Source: Mytilus edulis
Lineage: Eukaryota
NCBI RefSeq assembly: GCF_963676685.1
Contig: NC_092345.1
Coordinates: 104,718,001-104,782,000 of the forward strand
Length of the DNA stretch: 64,000 nt
Direction of reading: 5' to 3'
Shown: positions 1-14,400 of the stretch, piece by piece
How positions within the stretch are numbered: the first letter of the stretch is position 1
Layout: each line of letters starts with the position of its first letter
The notes under the pieces: model-generated
Told to the model about the DNA's origin: nothing
What the model saw: only the letters and a program-made list of their open reading frames with translations
Database searches by the model: none
Translations under genes and position numbers: made by a program

Positions 1-174
1 TAGATCAAAGCTTTTAAAATTTTTCATATTTTAATTTGTTAATGATGAAAAAAGTGGAAGTCACTTTGGATATTGATGATTTTAACTCTCATGGTTCTAG
101 CTGGATTGAAACTAACGCTCTTAAAGTTTTTATGACAAAATGATGGTCAATTTTGATGTTAACAGTTTTCAATT

Positions 175-1063
175 GTTTACGACCGCAATATATTGGTATG
201 ACGTTGGCGTAGTCCGAAGACACATTGGTTTTCCCACTTTAGTATAAGTAAATAGAAATCTATGAAATTTAAATACAAGGTTTATGACTACAAAAGGAAG
301 GTTGGGATTGATTTTGGGAGTTTTGGTCCCAACAGTTTAGGAATTAGGGGCCCAAATTAAACTTTGTTTGATTTCATCAAAAATTGAATAATTGGGGTTC
401 TTTGATATGCCGAATCTAACTGTGTATGTAGATACTTAATTTTTTGTCCCGTTTTCAAATTGGTCTACATAAAGGTCCAAAGGGTCCAAAATTAAACTGA
501 GTTTGATTTTAACAAAAAATGAATTCTTGGGGTTCTTTGGTATTCTGAATCTAAACATGTACTTAGATTTTTGATTATGGGCCCAGTTTTCAAGTTAGTT
601 CAAATCGGGGTCCAAAATTTATAACTTTGTTGGATTTCAACAAAAATTGAATTATTGGGGTTCTTTGATATGCTGAATCTAAACATGTACTTAGATTTTT
701 GATTATGGGCGCAGTGTTCAAGTTGGTCCAAATCGGGGTCCAAAATTAAACTTTGTTTGATTTCAACAAAAATTGAATTCTTGGGGTTCTTTGATCTGCT
801 GAATCTAACCATGTATGTAGATTTTGGATATTGGACCAAAATACATTTTGTAGGTAAATGTCCAATTTAAAAATTTGAAGTTTTCAGTTTAAGTTCTTTG
901 ACCACATTCATTTTGTGTCAGAAACCTATGTTGTGTCAACTATTTAATCACAATCCAAATTCAGAGCTGTATAAAGCTTGAATGTGTGTCCATACTTGCC
1001 CCAACTGTTCAGGGTTCAAACTCTGCGGTCGTATAAAGCTGTGCCCTGCGGAGCATCCGGTTT
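175..1063 (+). mobile_element. Helentron-type non-autonomous element (HINE/DINE-1-like) with internal ~107-bp tandem repeats
   Basis: Subterminal inverted repeat TACGACCGCA (178-187) / TGCGGTCGTA (1024-1033), GC-rich 3' stem-loop followed by GTT, and about 5 internal repeats of aaattaaactttgtttgatttcaacaaaaattgaa...ttggggttctttgatatgctgaatctaa. Confidence 0.7.
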
Positions 1064-2484
1064 CTGTTCTGGAGTTATGGTCCTTTATAATAAAGATGTA
1101 AGAAGGTATAGAATGTGGCAGGTAAAGAAAAGTCTGAAATCACCTTTCAATAAATAAGTACAGAAAACCCAGTTATTATGAAGTATGTCAATTTGACATA
1201 TTCTTCCTTGATTTATTTTTGGATGACAGAAACTTCCCATTAAAGATAGAAAGTTAATACATTCTACTTTTGACATATAATTGATTCTTTTTAGCCATTT
1301 AAAAGCATGGTGTATGTATTTTGTAAATCTGCAGATCCTCTCAATCCTTCCAATAAAAATTATCAATAATATAAAAAAAAAGATCAATTAATATATTTAC
1401 TACCTAATAATTATAAATAATGAGCAGCGTAAGTAGTTTCTCTTACTATATTTATTAAATGTAATATAATTGAGGATATATCTCAGACAAAGTTACATAA
1501 CAATATTATATAAATATGGTTCACCTAGGACCTACATATAAAGTAACATAGTAAGATATGTATATCCTAGGGTGTAAAATGTACATGCATGTATAATAAT
1601 AATAACTTTCATGACCTCATTTATATCTATCCATCATTATATGGTGTGATCTTTACAGTAGATATGGGTCAATCTACCTTGACTAATCATGATTGCTATC
1701 TGCTTCCTCACAATGTTTCCTCATCTATTTCAATCATTCTAAATATTTTAATTGCTTCAGGAAAAATGTTGAGCAACTTTAAAACAAATTTGTCATTTTA
1801 CTAGTTTCAAATGTAATACAAGTTTTAATTTATACATCCTGAATTTGATTCATATAATCAATAACTTTTATGTTAACTTTTGACATTTACTTTAACCTTG
1901 TTAACATTGTGATACAACATTTTCAACCTTTACAAGTATAAAACATGTTAAACATGTCCAACAATGACAGCAGTTGTTTTACATGACTCTACATATGTAC
2001 ATGTAGGTGAAATCAGATGGTTTTCATTTTTGTAAAAACTTTAAAATACCAGTTACATAATTGATTGTAGATTAAATACATAATACCTTAGCTTTAAGTT
2101 GCACTTTAAATTTTGAACAGAAATATTTAACGCAATTAAGCATTAACAAATAAAAAGGATTCTGTAACTTTAAGATGTAGTGTTTAAATATTGCAGACCC
2201 CAACAGTGTGACCAATCAAATGAAGTAAACTGTAAATAGTTTCACATAGGGAGCAGTTACCATGGGGAAAATCTTCTCAACCAGAATGTCCTGGGATTTT
2301 CTTGTTATTTATAGTATATATTTAAATAACTCTTTATCATTTGCATTTTTTAAATTTATTTTTATCAGGGAACTTCAAACCCAAATTATGAAAGGAAATA
2401 TGCATAAATACCTTATTAAAATAGTTCATTATATGGTACAAATGTACTGATTTTTTTGTTTTAAACATCAAGATTACATCTTTT

Positions 2485-2635
2485 CCAGAGGTGGATCCAG
2501 CCATTTTTAAAGGGGGGTTCCCAACCCAGGAGAAAGGGGGGTTCCAACTATATGTTCCCATTCAAATGCATTGATTGTCCCCCCAAAAAAAGGGGTGAGG
2601 GGTTGCAACCCCAGAACCCACTGGATCTGCCTACA
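2485..2635. mobile_element. Short MITE (GGATCC-containing termini, G/C tracts)
   Basis: CAGAGGTGGATCCAG ... CTGGATCTGCCTACAG imperfect inverted ends; same family pattern as 20963-21099. Confidence 0.5.
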
Positions 2636-3519
2636 GTTTTCATTCATTAAGATTTATTTATATGCGTCACTCACAGCTCTGCATGATAATATACCAAGAG
2701 CAGGTTGTCTGAGTGTGAAACAGATGTCAATATGTCAAATAATGTAGATCAAAACTAGGAAATCAATAATTTGGGTAACATTTATATTATACAAACTGTT
2801 GCTGCTTTACCTATTAACAGGAGTTTAAATCTTGCATATATATAAGTCCTTAATCAGCTGTAAATGGTGTGAAAATTTATAGTTAAAATTATATATACTG
2901 GTGTAATTATTAGCTTTGTGTGTCCAGTTTATCCCTTTGGTCCACATGTTGCTACATTGTCCTAATTACATAAATGACCACTATAATGTGTCTACTTATT
3001 GACATACTGTACAGGTGAGAGGATCATTATGTGATGTATTACATAGGTTATAATGAGGAACTACAAAGATTATAATGATGTATCACATAGATTAATTATG
3101 TTGTTACATTACATAGAGTATTAGATGGCCTGACAAAAAAATGAAGTGATAATTTTTAGAGTACATGTACTCAAAATTCTTATCTGACAAATAACAAATA
3201 CATATACATTGTATTGTAAGCACACAATTGAATTTCACACTTTGATATGGTCTAGTGATTTATTAATTATTTTATAGAGAAGGGACTACAACCTCAATAT
3301 AGCTGTTGGTAGCTAGACTATCAGTACAACCTGTCAAATAGCCAATACTTTGGTGGTTTGATTCATTGTGTCTATTAATTTGAAGTTTATTACATGAATT
3401 ATATAATTGTTATTAAACAAAAAAAATTAATGTTGTAACTGAAGTTGCAGTCATCTTTTAGTAAATTTTATTGACCCAATCAAATTTGTTTGTTGGTTGA
3501 CCATTTACCATTATGTAAT

Positions 3520-3843
3520 ATCTGTTTCACAGATGATGAAGGATAATTTTCCAATTGTCAGAACCAAAATCCTGTCCTCTATTCCTCTATTGTGACCTAC
3601 CAAATTAGACTGATCTCTAGGTTTATACTTACATGAGCAACATGACAGGTGATACATCTTGATTAGGATCTGCCTACACTTCAGGAGCACCTGAGATCAC
3701 CCCTGGGTTTTGGTTGAGTTTCTGTTGCTCACTCTAAAAGTCTTTATATTTTCTATGATATATTTTGTAGACTGTTGTTGGTATTAGTTCTTTTTCGACT
3801 TATTAGTTTGACTATGCCTTTTGTATTTTCCGCTTGTCTTTCC
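3520..3843 (+). repeat. Degenerate dispersed repeat (probable retroelement 3' end)
   Basis: Shares ggatctgcctacacttcaggagcacctgagatcacccc with the copy at 12047-12258. Confidence 0.55.
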
Positions 3844-3985
3844 CAAAGCTATAAGATTGTTGCCATTGGAAGTACGTAGTATCATAAATCTTACAGTTCA
3901 TCACTATCTATATCACTCACTTGAAGTAGTAATTTCTATTGGAGATTAATTGACAGGAAATACTAACTAATGTTTTTTTTTTCAG

Positions 3986-5337
3986 GACTTAAGAAAATCT
4001 GCAGTATTAGTTTATGCTAATAAACAAGATATCAAAGGTTCCATGTCTTCAGCAGAAATATCTCAGCATCTCAACTTAACATCAATCAAAGATCATCCCT
4101 GGCATATACAGGCTTGTTGTGCTCTCACAGGGGAAGGGTAAGATCAGTTATATGTTATTATATATTGTCAATCTCAACTTAACATCAATCAAAGATCACC
4201 CCTGGCATATACAGGCTTGTTGTGCTCTGCTGTTGGGTTGCTGCCCCTGAATTGGTAATTTTAAGGACATTTTGCTGTTTTTGGTTGTTATCTTGAATAT
4301 TATTATAGATAGAGATAAACTGTAAACTGCAATTATGTTCAGCAAAGTAAGATTTACAAACAAGTCAACATGACCGAAATGGTCAGTTGACCCCTTTAGG
4401 AGTTATTGCCCTTATAGTCAATTTTTAACCATTTTTCGTAAATCTTAGTAATCTTTTACAAAAATCTTCTTTCTGAAACTACTGGGCCAAATTAAACCAA
4501 ACTTGGCCATAACCATCATTGGGCTATCTAGTTTAAAAAATGTGTCCGGTGACCCGGCCAACCAACCAAGATGGCCACCATGGCTAAAAATAGAACATAG
4601 GGGTAAAATGCAGTTTTTCGCTTATAACTCAAAAACCAAAGCATTTAGAGCAAATCTGACGTGGGGGTAAAATTGTTTATTAGGTCAAGATCTATCTGCC
4701 CTGAAATTTTCAGATGAATCGGACAACCTGTTGTTGGGTTGCTGCCCCTGAATTGGTAATTTTAAGGAAATTTTGCTGTTTTTGGTTATTATCTTGAATA
4801 TTATTACAGATAGAGATAAACTGTAAACAGCAATAATGTACAGCAAAGTAAGACCTAAAATTAAGTCCACATGACCAAAATGGTCAACTGACCCCCTAAG
4901 GAGTTATTGTCCTTTATAGTGAATTTTTAACAATTTTCATAAAATTTGTAAATATTTACTAACATTTTCCACTGAAACTACTGAGCCAAGTTCATTATAG
5001 ATAGAGATAATTGTAAGCAGCAAGAATGTTCAGTAAAGTAAGATGTACAAACACATCACCATCACCTAAACACAATTTTGTCATGAATCCATCTGCTTCC
5101 TTTGTTTAATATTCACATAGACCAAGGTGAGCGACACAGGCTCTTTAGAGCCTCTAGTTTCAATAGCAATACATATAAGCTGAAAATTCTAAAATTGTGC
5201 TAGTTAACAATTGTTAATTTATGACTTTTATTTTATTTTAACCAAAGGACATGTTTATTGAAATATGTTTTTTTTTCTCCATATTCAGATTATACCAAGG
5301 ATTGGAATGGATAACAAATCAACTTAAAAGACGGTGA
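3986..5337 (+). CDS. ARL5: ADP-ribosylation factor-like protein 5, last two coding exons (3986-4137, 5289-5337); 5' exons lie upstream of the window
   Basis: ttcag|GAC...GG|gtaag and ttcag|A TTA...TGA splice in frame to [66 protein letters not shown], containing the Arf G4 (NKQD) and G5 (CCAL) motifs and the ARL5-type C-terminus. Confidence 0.93.
4228..5159 (+). mobile_element. 5'-truncated Helentron-type non-autonomous element (502-bp-unit family)
   Basis: Same internal unit and 3' end (ccaaggtgagcgacacaggctctttagagcctctagtt) as 43247-45564. Confidence 0.85.
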
Positions 5338-8300
5338 TAGTTGTATACTTTAGTACTTATATATAAGCCAAAATACAATATGTCATTAAGTATTCTGATT
5401 GCTCATATTAACATGTGAACATTTTCATCGACAAGGTCACCAAAGAGCATTATATTTTTTTCAAGGTCAACATAGACAAGTTGTGAATAAGCTATAATAT
5501 ATTTAAAACAGGAAAATATGAAAAACAGTATAACACAATGTGATAATAAGCTACAAAGTGGCACATAGCAGCCCTTTTGTCAGGAAATTTGAAAAGGGGT
5601 TGGGGGTTTGATACAATCTTACTGAACTTTAACAATTACAATTCAAAACAGAACATTGACTTTAAGAAAATTAGTAATCATTTTATATTGAAAATAGTTG
5701 ACCAAATTGAGAAACACAATGAAATCAATAACAATGGTGCAGTTCTTAAATTTGTTCACCTTTTAAAAGACATGTGAGTATCATTGTTGTGATTATTATA
5801 ACTCTGTCTAAGGGTAATTGATTTGTTTGAGTGAATGAGACATTTAAGTGCTTACGTTGAATGATATTTTATTATTGTAAATACATAGTTGTAGTAAATT
5901 GTAAATATATATATATTTTTAAATGTCTGGTCATATTTTTATTTTAAAAATTTAACCTTAAAAAACTACCAATTTTACAATTCCTGCCATTATCATTTTT
6001 CAACATTCAGTGGCACACATTACAGTGGAAAGCTAACATAAACTGGTTAAAATTAATATCGAAATAGAAAAAAAATCATATTTTGAAAAATCTAGCAGTA
6101 ATTATTATATTACAATGATTACTATATATTTTATTGATGCAGCTTTCATTTATGTACTTACTTATAACCATATATTTTCCTCGTCATTTTTGTTTCCAAA
6201 CAGATCCTTATTTAATCATACAAAAAGGTTATCAGCAAATATTTTCCATTCATACATACATGTAAAATTTGTATAAAACAAATGATTTAAATTTAGTCTA
6301 ATACATATATCAAGTATTGGGATACATTTTCTCAAACAATACAGACAGATGAATATTGACATTGTCTCAGGAATTGCTGTCAAATTGCATGTAGTATTAA
6401 GGTTACTGTGTGTATTGAACTTGTTTCTTAATATTCTTCATTATTTTCCATTTTATACTGTCATGACTGTAAGAACATTTATTTTTGGGTGGAAACAGTT
6501 TGTTTTTCAGCTTGTTCTTTACAGTTAACAGTCTTTACATGTAACTATACAATAGAAAATAAATCTATTTATTTGTATTAAGTTCCCAATGATTAACATA
6601 ATTATACACTGTACCAATAATAACTATTTTTATGAATTATCTTTTTAATGGGTTAATTTCTCTATCTCAAGTTGCTCAACTGAGATGGTTGTCTGAGTCA
6701 TGTGTATTGAGATGTTAGAGGGTGGATCATTGTCTGTTAGGCAATCATACTACATCATGTTATTATCATGACAGTACACTGAAATAGCTATAAATAGATT
6801 ATCTTTGGTCTATCAAATTGATAAAAAATTGAAGTATTAATGGTTCATCTCATTTTCAGAACCATAGATAATCTAGATTTATAAGGCCAGTATATAAAGA
6901 AACTGCTCACAAAATTTGCTTTTCTGTACATTGCTTTAAAACAGAAATAATCTCACTATTATCATGATTTTAAGCATTATTTGTGTGATTGTGAATGAAT
7001 TTTAGTCAAGAATTGCTGCATGTTCTTATATATGTTAAGATATGAACTATAAGCTGTATATTAGGTTATTCTTCATGGTTTTTACACATTCTCAATTAGT
7101 TAGCCTCTTCTGTTATATAAGATATATACCAGGATTGGATAAATTAGTTGACTATTTTTAGAAAAAAACTTGTTTTAATTTTTTTTTTCAATTGTTTCAA
7201 CTTCAAATATATATTTAATTTCCTGTACAATAAGATTGTGAACTTTTTGTAGAAAAAAACATTGATAATCACATATACATGGACATTTACGATAAAATGT
7301 TGTGTATAGATTAATGTTTGAAACTAATGTAGCTTTATAGAAAAGAAAAAAGAAGAAAATACTGTAGTGATCATACCTTTTGTTAGTTTGGGATAAAAAA
7401 AGATGAAAAAAAAGAAAGAATTTAATTTGACTGATTTTTAAGTGTGAATGTTTTATGTCATTTAATCACCATTGATGTTATAAGAATTACAATGATTAAA
7501 CCACCAACATATATCAAAAATATGAACATATCTCTTGTCATTCTCATTGGAATACATGAATGGAATGTGAGTCATGATGTGCAGATGTAAACGTAAGTTT
7601 TAAGTGTGTGTGAGATAATACATGGGACAATAATAAGTTAGTAGTTGTATATAGAAATAGGAATAAAAGGAAATGTATGATTATGAATATTATTACTTTG
7701 AAAACAATGATATTTTAACAAAATATTCAGAAACATGTTTAGAAACAGGTTTTACCCCTCTTCTTTTTTAAGAAGAAGGTATGAAAAGACACATTATTTG
7801 GCCCTGATATTGCAAAAATAGTTAACTTATTCAAGCCTTTCAAAAATATATAATATTATTGATAAATAAATAGGCTTATATAATCTGGACTGTCTAAAGT
7901 AGACATGTCACTTTTGAAGTCCCTGACATCATAAATGTGGTCAAAATTTCTTATTTCACTTAAGATGTGTGTTAATCCGTAGTTATAAGTCAAAATATAT
8001 ATTTGAAACAGCTTTATATGGAAATTTTTTACAAGTATTTACATCTTTGTAAAATACATTTTGCAGAAACTATATTTTTGGTAAAGATTTTTAACATAAA
8101 CAAAATAATAACAACTAGATTTCAAAATGTGACTTTTTTGGCAGTTTTTGGTGATTCCGTAAATGCAAGAAGTTTAAATCTCTAAAACCAATGTGTAAGA
8201 CAACATTGAAAAATTTAATGACTGTTATAAGGACGGCCAAGTAATGTCTTATGAATATCTGAAGGATATCATTAGGTGAATTTTAAATTAATTCTAGGGT

Positions 8301-9290
8301 CCCAAAAAAGTGAACTTATCATACCTTCTCTTTACTGATACATGTACTTAGCAAAAAATGTTAGTTTTTTTATTTGTATACTGATCTATTTTATATCAGT
8401 TGCCTTGTCTAATTTTACAAAGCATTATACGATCTATTTTTGTTTGCCAAGTCTACAATAGTAGCATTATGATTTGCTATCTGTCATTCCATTTGTCCAC
8501 CTAAGTTTAAGTATTTGTCTAATGTCAGTTTTCCATGATGTTGCAGTCATATCAACTTGAAAGTAAGTGCAGATGTTCTTTAAGATGATAAGCTTTTTAA
8601 ATATATGCCAAATTAGTGTTGAACCCATATTTCATGGTTCACTGGACAAGGCTGGACAATTCTACTTGAGAGTTCAGGTATGGTATAGACACACATTCCT
8701 GCTTTCAATAGGTTATTTATAGTATTAAGTAGTTATATTTAGGACATGTAAATTTTTCTGTATTGTGTCTTGTTAGGTATTGTAAATTCCACGTATGTGC
8801 ATCGATTACAGTGCTATAAATAGTCAATTGAAACTAGTTTCTGAACCGCTTCCACATTTTACATTTTAACTTTTTTTTTAATTTACACTCACTTAATTAG
8901 AACAAGCATTCAACAATTTGTTATGTTGTTAACAGTTTTTGTACAGATTTTAGAACTTAAATGTTTATACTAGAACCTAGTGTAATCTGAAAAACTAATT
9001 TTAAGATCAATTATATTGTAAATAACAGAACAAACAACAGCAAGTGGTTTTTTTTTCGTAATTCACAGATTGGATTTTTTTTTTATGAATATTCTTTTGA
9101 TTTAATGTCAACAGAAGTCAGATTGAATCAAGTCAGACCAAAGAGTATATTTAATTCAGTAGCTATTTGTGGTTTTATTTTGTCATAAAAATGTTTTGTG
9201 TGTAACAATTGCATTCACATATTGTGTGGATGCTTGTATGGAATTCAGTGACTGTATTGTTATAATATTGAAAATAAAAATCAACTATTA
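5338..9290 (+). other. Probable long 3' UTR of ARL5
   Basis: Repeat-poor AT-rich stretch after the stop codon, ending at AATAAA near 9272 followed by a GT-rich tract; the end point is an inference. Confidence 0.4.
7771..8330. mobile_element. Non-autonomous TIR element (MITE)
   Basis: AGAAGGTATGAAAAG ... CTTATCATACCTTCT inverted termini, flanked by ttaa/ttta. Confidence 0.6.
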
Positions 9291-9696
9291 ATCCTACTTG
9301 TTGTCTGTATTGAAAAGATCACTTATTGTCTCTCAAACCTTTTCAATCTAAACACTTTGATTGTCTTCATCTGTGTATCTATCATTTGAAAAGAGTATTG
9401 ATAGGATGTATGGTACTCTCTTCTATCAAAAGAATATGAAATTCTATCAGAAAAAATGTTTTCACTATGTTAAACCATAAGATATGTAAATGTTGTATGA
9501 TTGACAATGAGACAACTATCAAACCGAATTCAAAATACCTGGATTTTGGAGTAGTACTATGTTTTCTGCCAATTCATCTGCTATCAATAAACAGGTCAGT
9601 TTTAAGGTTTGAACCATTAATTTGTATCAAACCCCTAAAGCCAATGAAGTTTCCAGCAACACAAGTCTTCTATGATAATGTCCTTTCCTATAATAA

Positions 9697-9825
9697 AATT
9701 AACGGTACCAATTTTCTTGCACCAGATGCGCATTTCGACAATACATGTCTCCTCAGTGATGCTCGTGGCCAAAATATTTGCAATCCAAAGCTTGTATAAA
9801 AGATGAAGAGCTATAATCCAAAACC
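9697..9825 (-). repeat. Short repeat carrying a hammerhead-like core (probably Penelope-like derived)
   Basis: Minus strand reads CTGAGGA-GAC atgtatt GTC-GAAA-TGCGC atctg GTGCA. Confidence 0.45.
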
Positions 9826-9859
9826 TTGAATACCAATCAAACCACATTATTTAAAGTTT

Positions 9860-10135
9860 GTGCCTGTCCCAAGTCTGGAGCCTGTAATTCAGTGGTTGTT
9901 GTTTGTTTATGTGTTACATATTTGTTTTTCATTTATTTTTTTATATAAATAAGGCCGTTAGTTTTCTCGTTTGAATTTTTTTACATTGTCTTATCGGGGC
10001 CTTTTATAGCTGACTATGCGGTATGGGCTTTGCTCAGTGTTGAAGGCCGTGACCTATAGTTGTTAATGTCTGTGTCATTTTGGTCTCTTGTGGACAGTTG
10101 TCTCATTGGCAATCATACCACATCTTTTTTATATA
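9860..10135 (+). repeat. Retroelement 3'-end fragment related to the Penelope-like 3' UTR
   Basis: tgcctgtcccaagtctggagcct matches the motif at ~26003-26025; terminal gttgtctcattggcaatcataccacatc recurs at 55440-55470 and, inverted, elsewhere. Confidence 0.6.
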
Positions 10136-10599
10136 ATCCAAAATTAAGTGCATTATACTGGAAGTGCTAAAACTGTTTATACAAATATCACACCTTTTCC
10201 TAAATAAAATTAAGAATGGAAACAGGTGTCAAATAGACAACACCTGGACAAAGGAGTAGAAACATTCAAAGGCCATCCATGTCGAGTAGGTAACAAAAGA
10301 AACTAAGAAAAATGACAATAGTACATAAATTAACTGAGGACCTCTAGTATAACTGACATGCCAGCTCCAGACCTCAATTAAACTGACTGAAAGATTATGT
10401 CTCCATCACTGGACTAATCTCACTGTACGATTACAAAATATACCTATGTCTCGTCTTGTATGCTTTAAGGACTGCATGTACATTTATAAAATGTAGAACT
10501 TCTCAATGTACGCAGATACACTGCTTACACCAAATATATACCATAAACCATAAAAGGTGGTTTCAATGATATAATAACATAAGTGACAAAAAACACGTT

Positions 10600-11428
10600 T
10601 TAGTGTTTCATTAATGTGTTTTTATTCCAACTTAAAGACAGTCTTTTTATAACTTTTTCAGTTCTTATTCCTTCTCTGACACTTTTTACTATGGAATCTT
10701 TTAATCTTTTATTGGTTGTAACATATTCTTTACTGGGGTCCTTTGGTTCTTCTGTCTGGAATTTTTTGTTAAATTGTGACATGTTTCCTTGGTAACCAGT
10801 TCTTTTAGCTATCCGTTTTCTCATTATTTCTTTGAAGTATACAGTACCAGGAACCAGTGGTTTCAGAAATGGACCTTTATCTTTCAAAAAACTTTTTGCA
10901 AGAAAACTTTCGTCCAGCTTCTCAACTGAATGATGGTGATCTTCTTTTGATATTTTTTTCTTTTCAGAAATATTATTTGCGATTGTCAGTTGTTGTTTGG
11001 GAACTTCAATCCTAAGTTGTCGTAAGCGATAAAGGAGTCTGGGGAATATCGGGACTTTCTGACCTTGCGTAGACGACATTCTTCCTGTCAATTTCGTTTC
11101 CGAAAGAAATTTCATTAATTTGATTGTGAGTGGTACTCTCCTCTTAGATAAGAATCTCGATATGTCTTGTTCTTGAAGTACGAAGGCTTCACATCCTTCA
11201 GACATAGCTGTAACGGAGAAAATATCGGCTTTTAAATCCAGTAATAATTCTAGATCTCCGAATATTTCCCCTGCCGAAACAATGCATATATCAACCACTT
11301 TCTGGAATTCCCTCTTCTCTGCGGCAATATAACCCTCTAGTCGTCGTACATATGTTTGTTCGTCCATATGACTGCCCTGTGTGTCTCCTCTACTCACCAT
11401 GGTATCTACCCTCTTTGGAATGTGTATC
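10600..11428 (-). CDS. Terminal exon of the CNBD gene (C-half of second CNB domain plus basic tail)
   Basis: Acceptor ttgtttaag|G at 11428 is in phase with the upstream exon; ICIVSAGEIFGDLELLLD...FSVTAMSEGCEAFVL. Confidence 0.85.
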
Positions 11429-14400
11429 CTTAAACAACCAGACAGTAACATTATGTATATGTGTGATAACTAGTGATTGAAGAGGCATTTATATAAAGTG
11501 TTAATGGAACAAGATCCTTGCTAATCTGTTTAGATTCAACAGTTTATGGAACTCGGACATTCAATGTGAAGATCTGGAGTTAACAAGGACTGGAGTTCAA
11601 CATGTCTCCGAAAAAGATTTCAAGCATTTTTCAATGGGCATATTTACCGCGTTTAAAGTTGGAATTTTCCAAATAGTCCCTGCGTGGTTTGCATAAGAAA
11701 GAAACCCTTTTCTCAAGTTTCAAGGGCAAAAAAGGGGGTACGTACTATTCATAACTTCATATTATACACACTGAAAAATCGGTATATATATATTTGTATT
11801 AGTAAGTTCTGTAATTAAAAAACTAAAGAGTTTAAAAATCAGGAAATATCATCAAATACTATAAGTAATGCATAGTAAAAAAAATCGCAACATAATAATT
11901 TACCAATTATACATAAATATAATGTTTATGGACCTCTCAAGTGCCACTTCAGATGTGGGTATAACGAACGATTTCAAAATACAAATACTGTAATAAGAGG
12001 CAAAAGTATCCTGAACACCCAATCCTCAAAAGATAGGCTAACAATAGGGTGTCACATGTGGAGCAGGATCTGCTTACCCTTCCGGAGCACCTGAGATCAC
12101 CCCTAGTTTTTGGTGGGGTTTGTGTTGTTTATTCTTTAGTTTTCTATGTTGTGTCGTGTGTACTATTGTTTGTCCTTTTCATTTTTAGCCATGGCGTTGT
12201 CAGTTTTTTTCGATTTATGAGTTTGACTGTCCCTCTGGTATCTTTCGTCCCTCTTTTCTAACAATAGGAAATAAAACTTAAATTCCGGATAACAATTTAT
12301 TTACAGCAACAATGTTCAAAGGTGCACAGTTGGTGCCAATTAGAATAACAGTAACACATCAATAAAGGTAGATAGATCTGGTCAAGAGAAAAAAAAAATA
12401 AGGAGATATGATTTGAGATTTAGCGCTATAAAAACATGTTCAATCCAATATTTTCTACATTTGAAAATGCCTGTACCAAGCAGAAATATGACAGTTGTTG
12501 TCCGTTCGTTTCATGAGTTTTGTCATTTGATTTTGCCATTTGATTAGGGACTTTACGGTTGAATTTTCCTCGGATTTCAGTATTTTTGTGATTTTAATTT
12601 TTTTATTGCCAATGAGAACTATTACTGTCAACAACTAGCAAAACATGATCCACGGAATTACAGGCTCCTGACTTGTGGCAGACACATACAGAATGTGGCG
12701 GGATTTAAATGCCATGACTTTGAGCACTCAACTCTTGGCTATTTACCTGTTAAGGCACCGAAGTAGGCTTTATATAAAATGCACGAAACGAATCAGATTT
12801 TTAAGACATTTTAAAAAAAGTTTATATACATAACTTGTTTGAAATATATATTCAATATGCCGCTATATACTAACTTTATTATTTCCAGCAACTCTTTATC
12901 CATATCCTTTCCTTCAAATACGTGTTCAAATTGTCGTGGATGATTTCTTGGTTGAGCTGACAATCTAGCGCGGCCTCTAATAAAAATACAAATCAAAAGT
13001 AAGACACAAAACAAAAGTAAGACAAAAACATAGATGAGACACAAAACATCAGAAAGACGCAAAATATAAATAAGACATAAACATAAGTAGGACACAAAAC
13101 ATAAGGTGGACATAAACATAAGTAGGACACAAAATATAAATAAGACATAAACATAAGTTATAAGACAACACAGCCAAAAAGTCATGCTAAAAAATCTCGT
13201 TTCTATATATAGTTCTTCAATATCCCTGTTTTATTCATCACACAACGTTCTGCAGCATGTCATATATGTATACTCAGCTAAGACTGCTAACGCTTGATAG
13301 TTATATTCAATATTATCCAGTAAAACATGTCTAATTTTCTAATCTAAGCAAAATTAAGTTCTCTGCTTTTGTTATCCTCATACGAGCAGTAGTTATTTCT
13401 AGACGACACACCAATGTTATACAACAATTACTCTTAATAAAATTCACATGTATGACATATTATTCAACAAATATTGTTAAGTCAAAATTGAGAAATTGAG
13501 ACGATGTAACATGAAAATCATTATACAGCTAATAAGATTTTTTTATCTTACTTTGTTATAAAAAAGAGACCAGAAAACGGCTCTCCTTGAATCATAATTT
13601 TCTGATTGTTCCTGTATGTCTTCTTTACTAAAGCCATCCGGAGGTTGTTCTGCTGATCTTCTGTCCACGTTGAGAAGAACGGATGTGTTTTAATAAATAA
13701 TTCTTTCGTGTCTGAATCCTTTTCCATTTGGCTCTATTGAAGTATAAATGAAGCATTAATGTTTTTTCAACAGTTTCCAATCTCTAGTTTATTATTTGTT
13801 TCACTTTCATTGGCATTACTGTAAATCATAGGTGTTTTGAGTGTATAACACACTGTACTCAATATATACTGAAAACACCTATGACATTTTTCATGTTCTT
13901 TAAAATGACTAAAATGAGTTGAGTCTTCAACAAAATGAAGACAAGTGTGCATTATTTCTAGCGTAAAATCGCTGACAGTGTTTAGATAATTAGTAAATAA
14001 TACAGACAATCATCAATCAACAAAAATGCACTTAATTGATAACAAAAAAATATATAAATTACAACTAGATGCAGTCATTGACCATATGTCCGGCTTCGTA
14101 AAGGCGTGGTGAACTAGTTTTCTCTTGCCAATGTTACTTTTGGGATGTTTTATACGGCAATCAATAGTACGATATGTCCGGTTTCGTAAAGGCGTGGTAT
14201 TCCCGACCGTGCAAGGGCTGTATAGCCAGTCAAGGTCGTTAAAAACTTCCATTTGTTGTGGTGTACTAGTTTTTTCTTGCCAATGTTACTTTTGGGATGT
14301 TTAATACGGCAATCAATAGTACGCGGCATGAATTTTAAAGAAAAAATAATAATATGTATATATGCGATTTTATCTTTCTCTCTTCTGAACAAATGTTAGC

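Noticed and set aside
5335-5340. Sec readthrough of the ARL5 TGA stop
   Set aside because: Immediately followed by TAG, and no SECIS was seen in the downstream UTR.
11649-11679. Possible extra CNBD micro-exon on the minus strand
   Set aside because: Its phase is incompatible with the acceptor at 11428; the flanking exons already join in frame.
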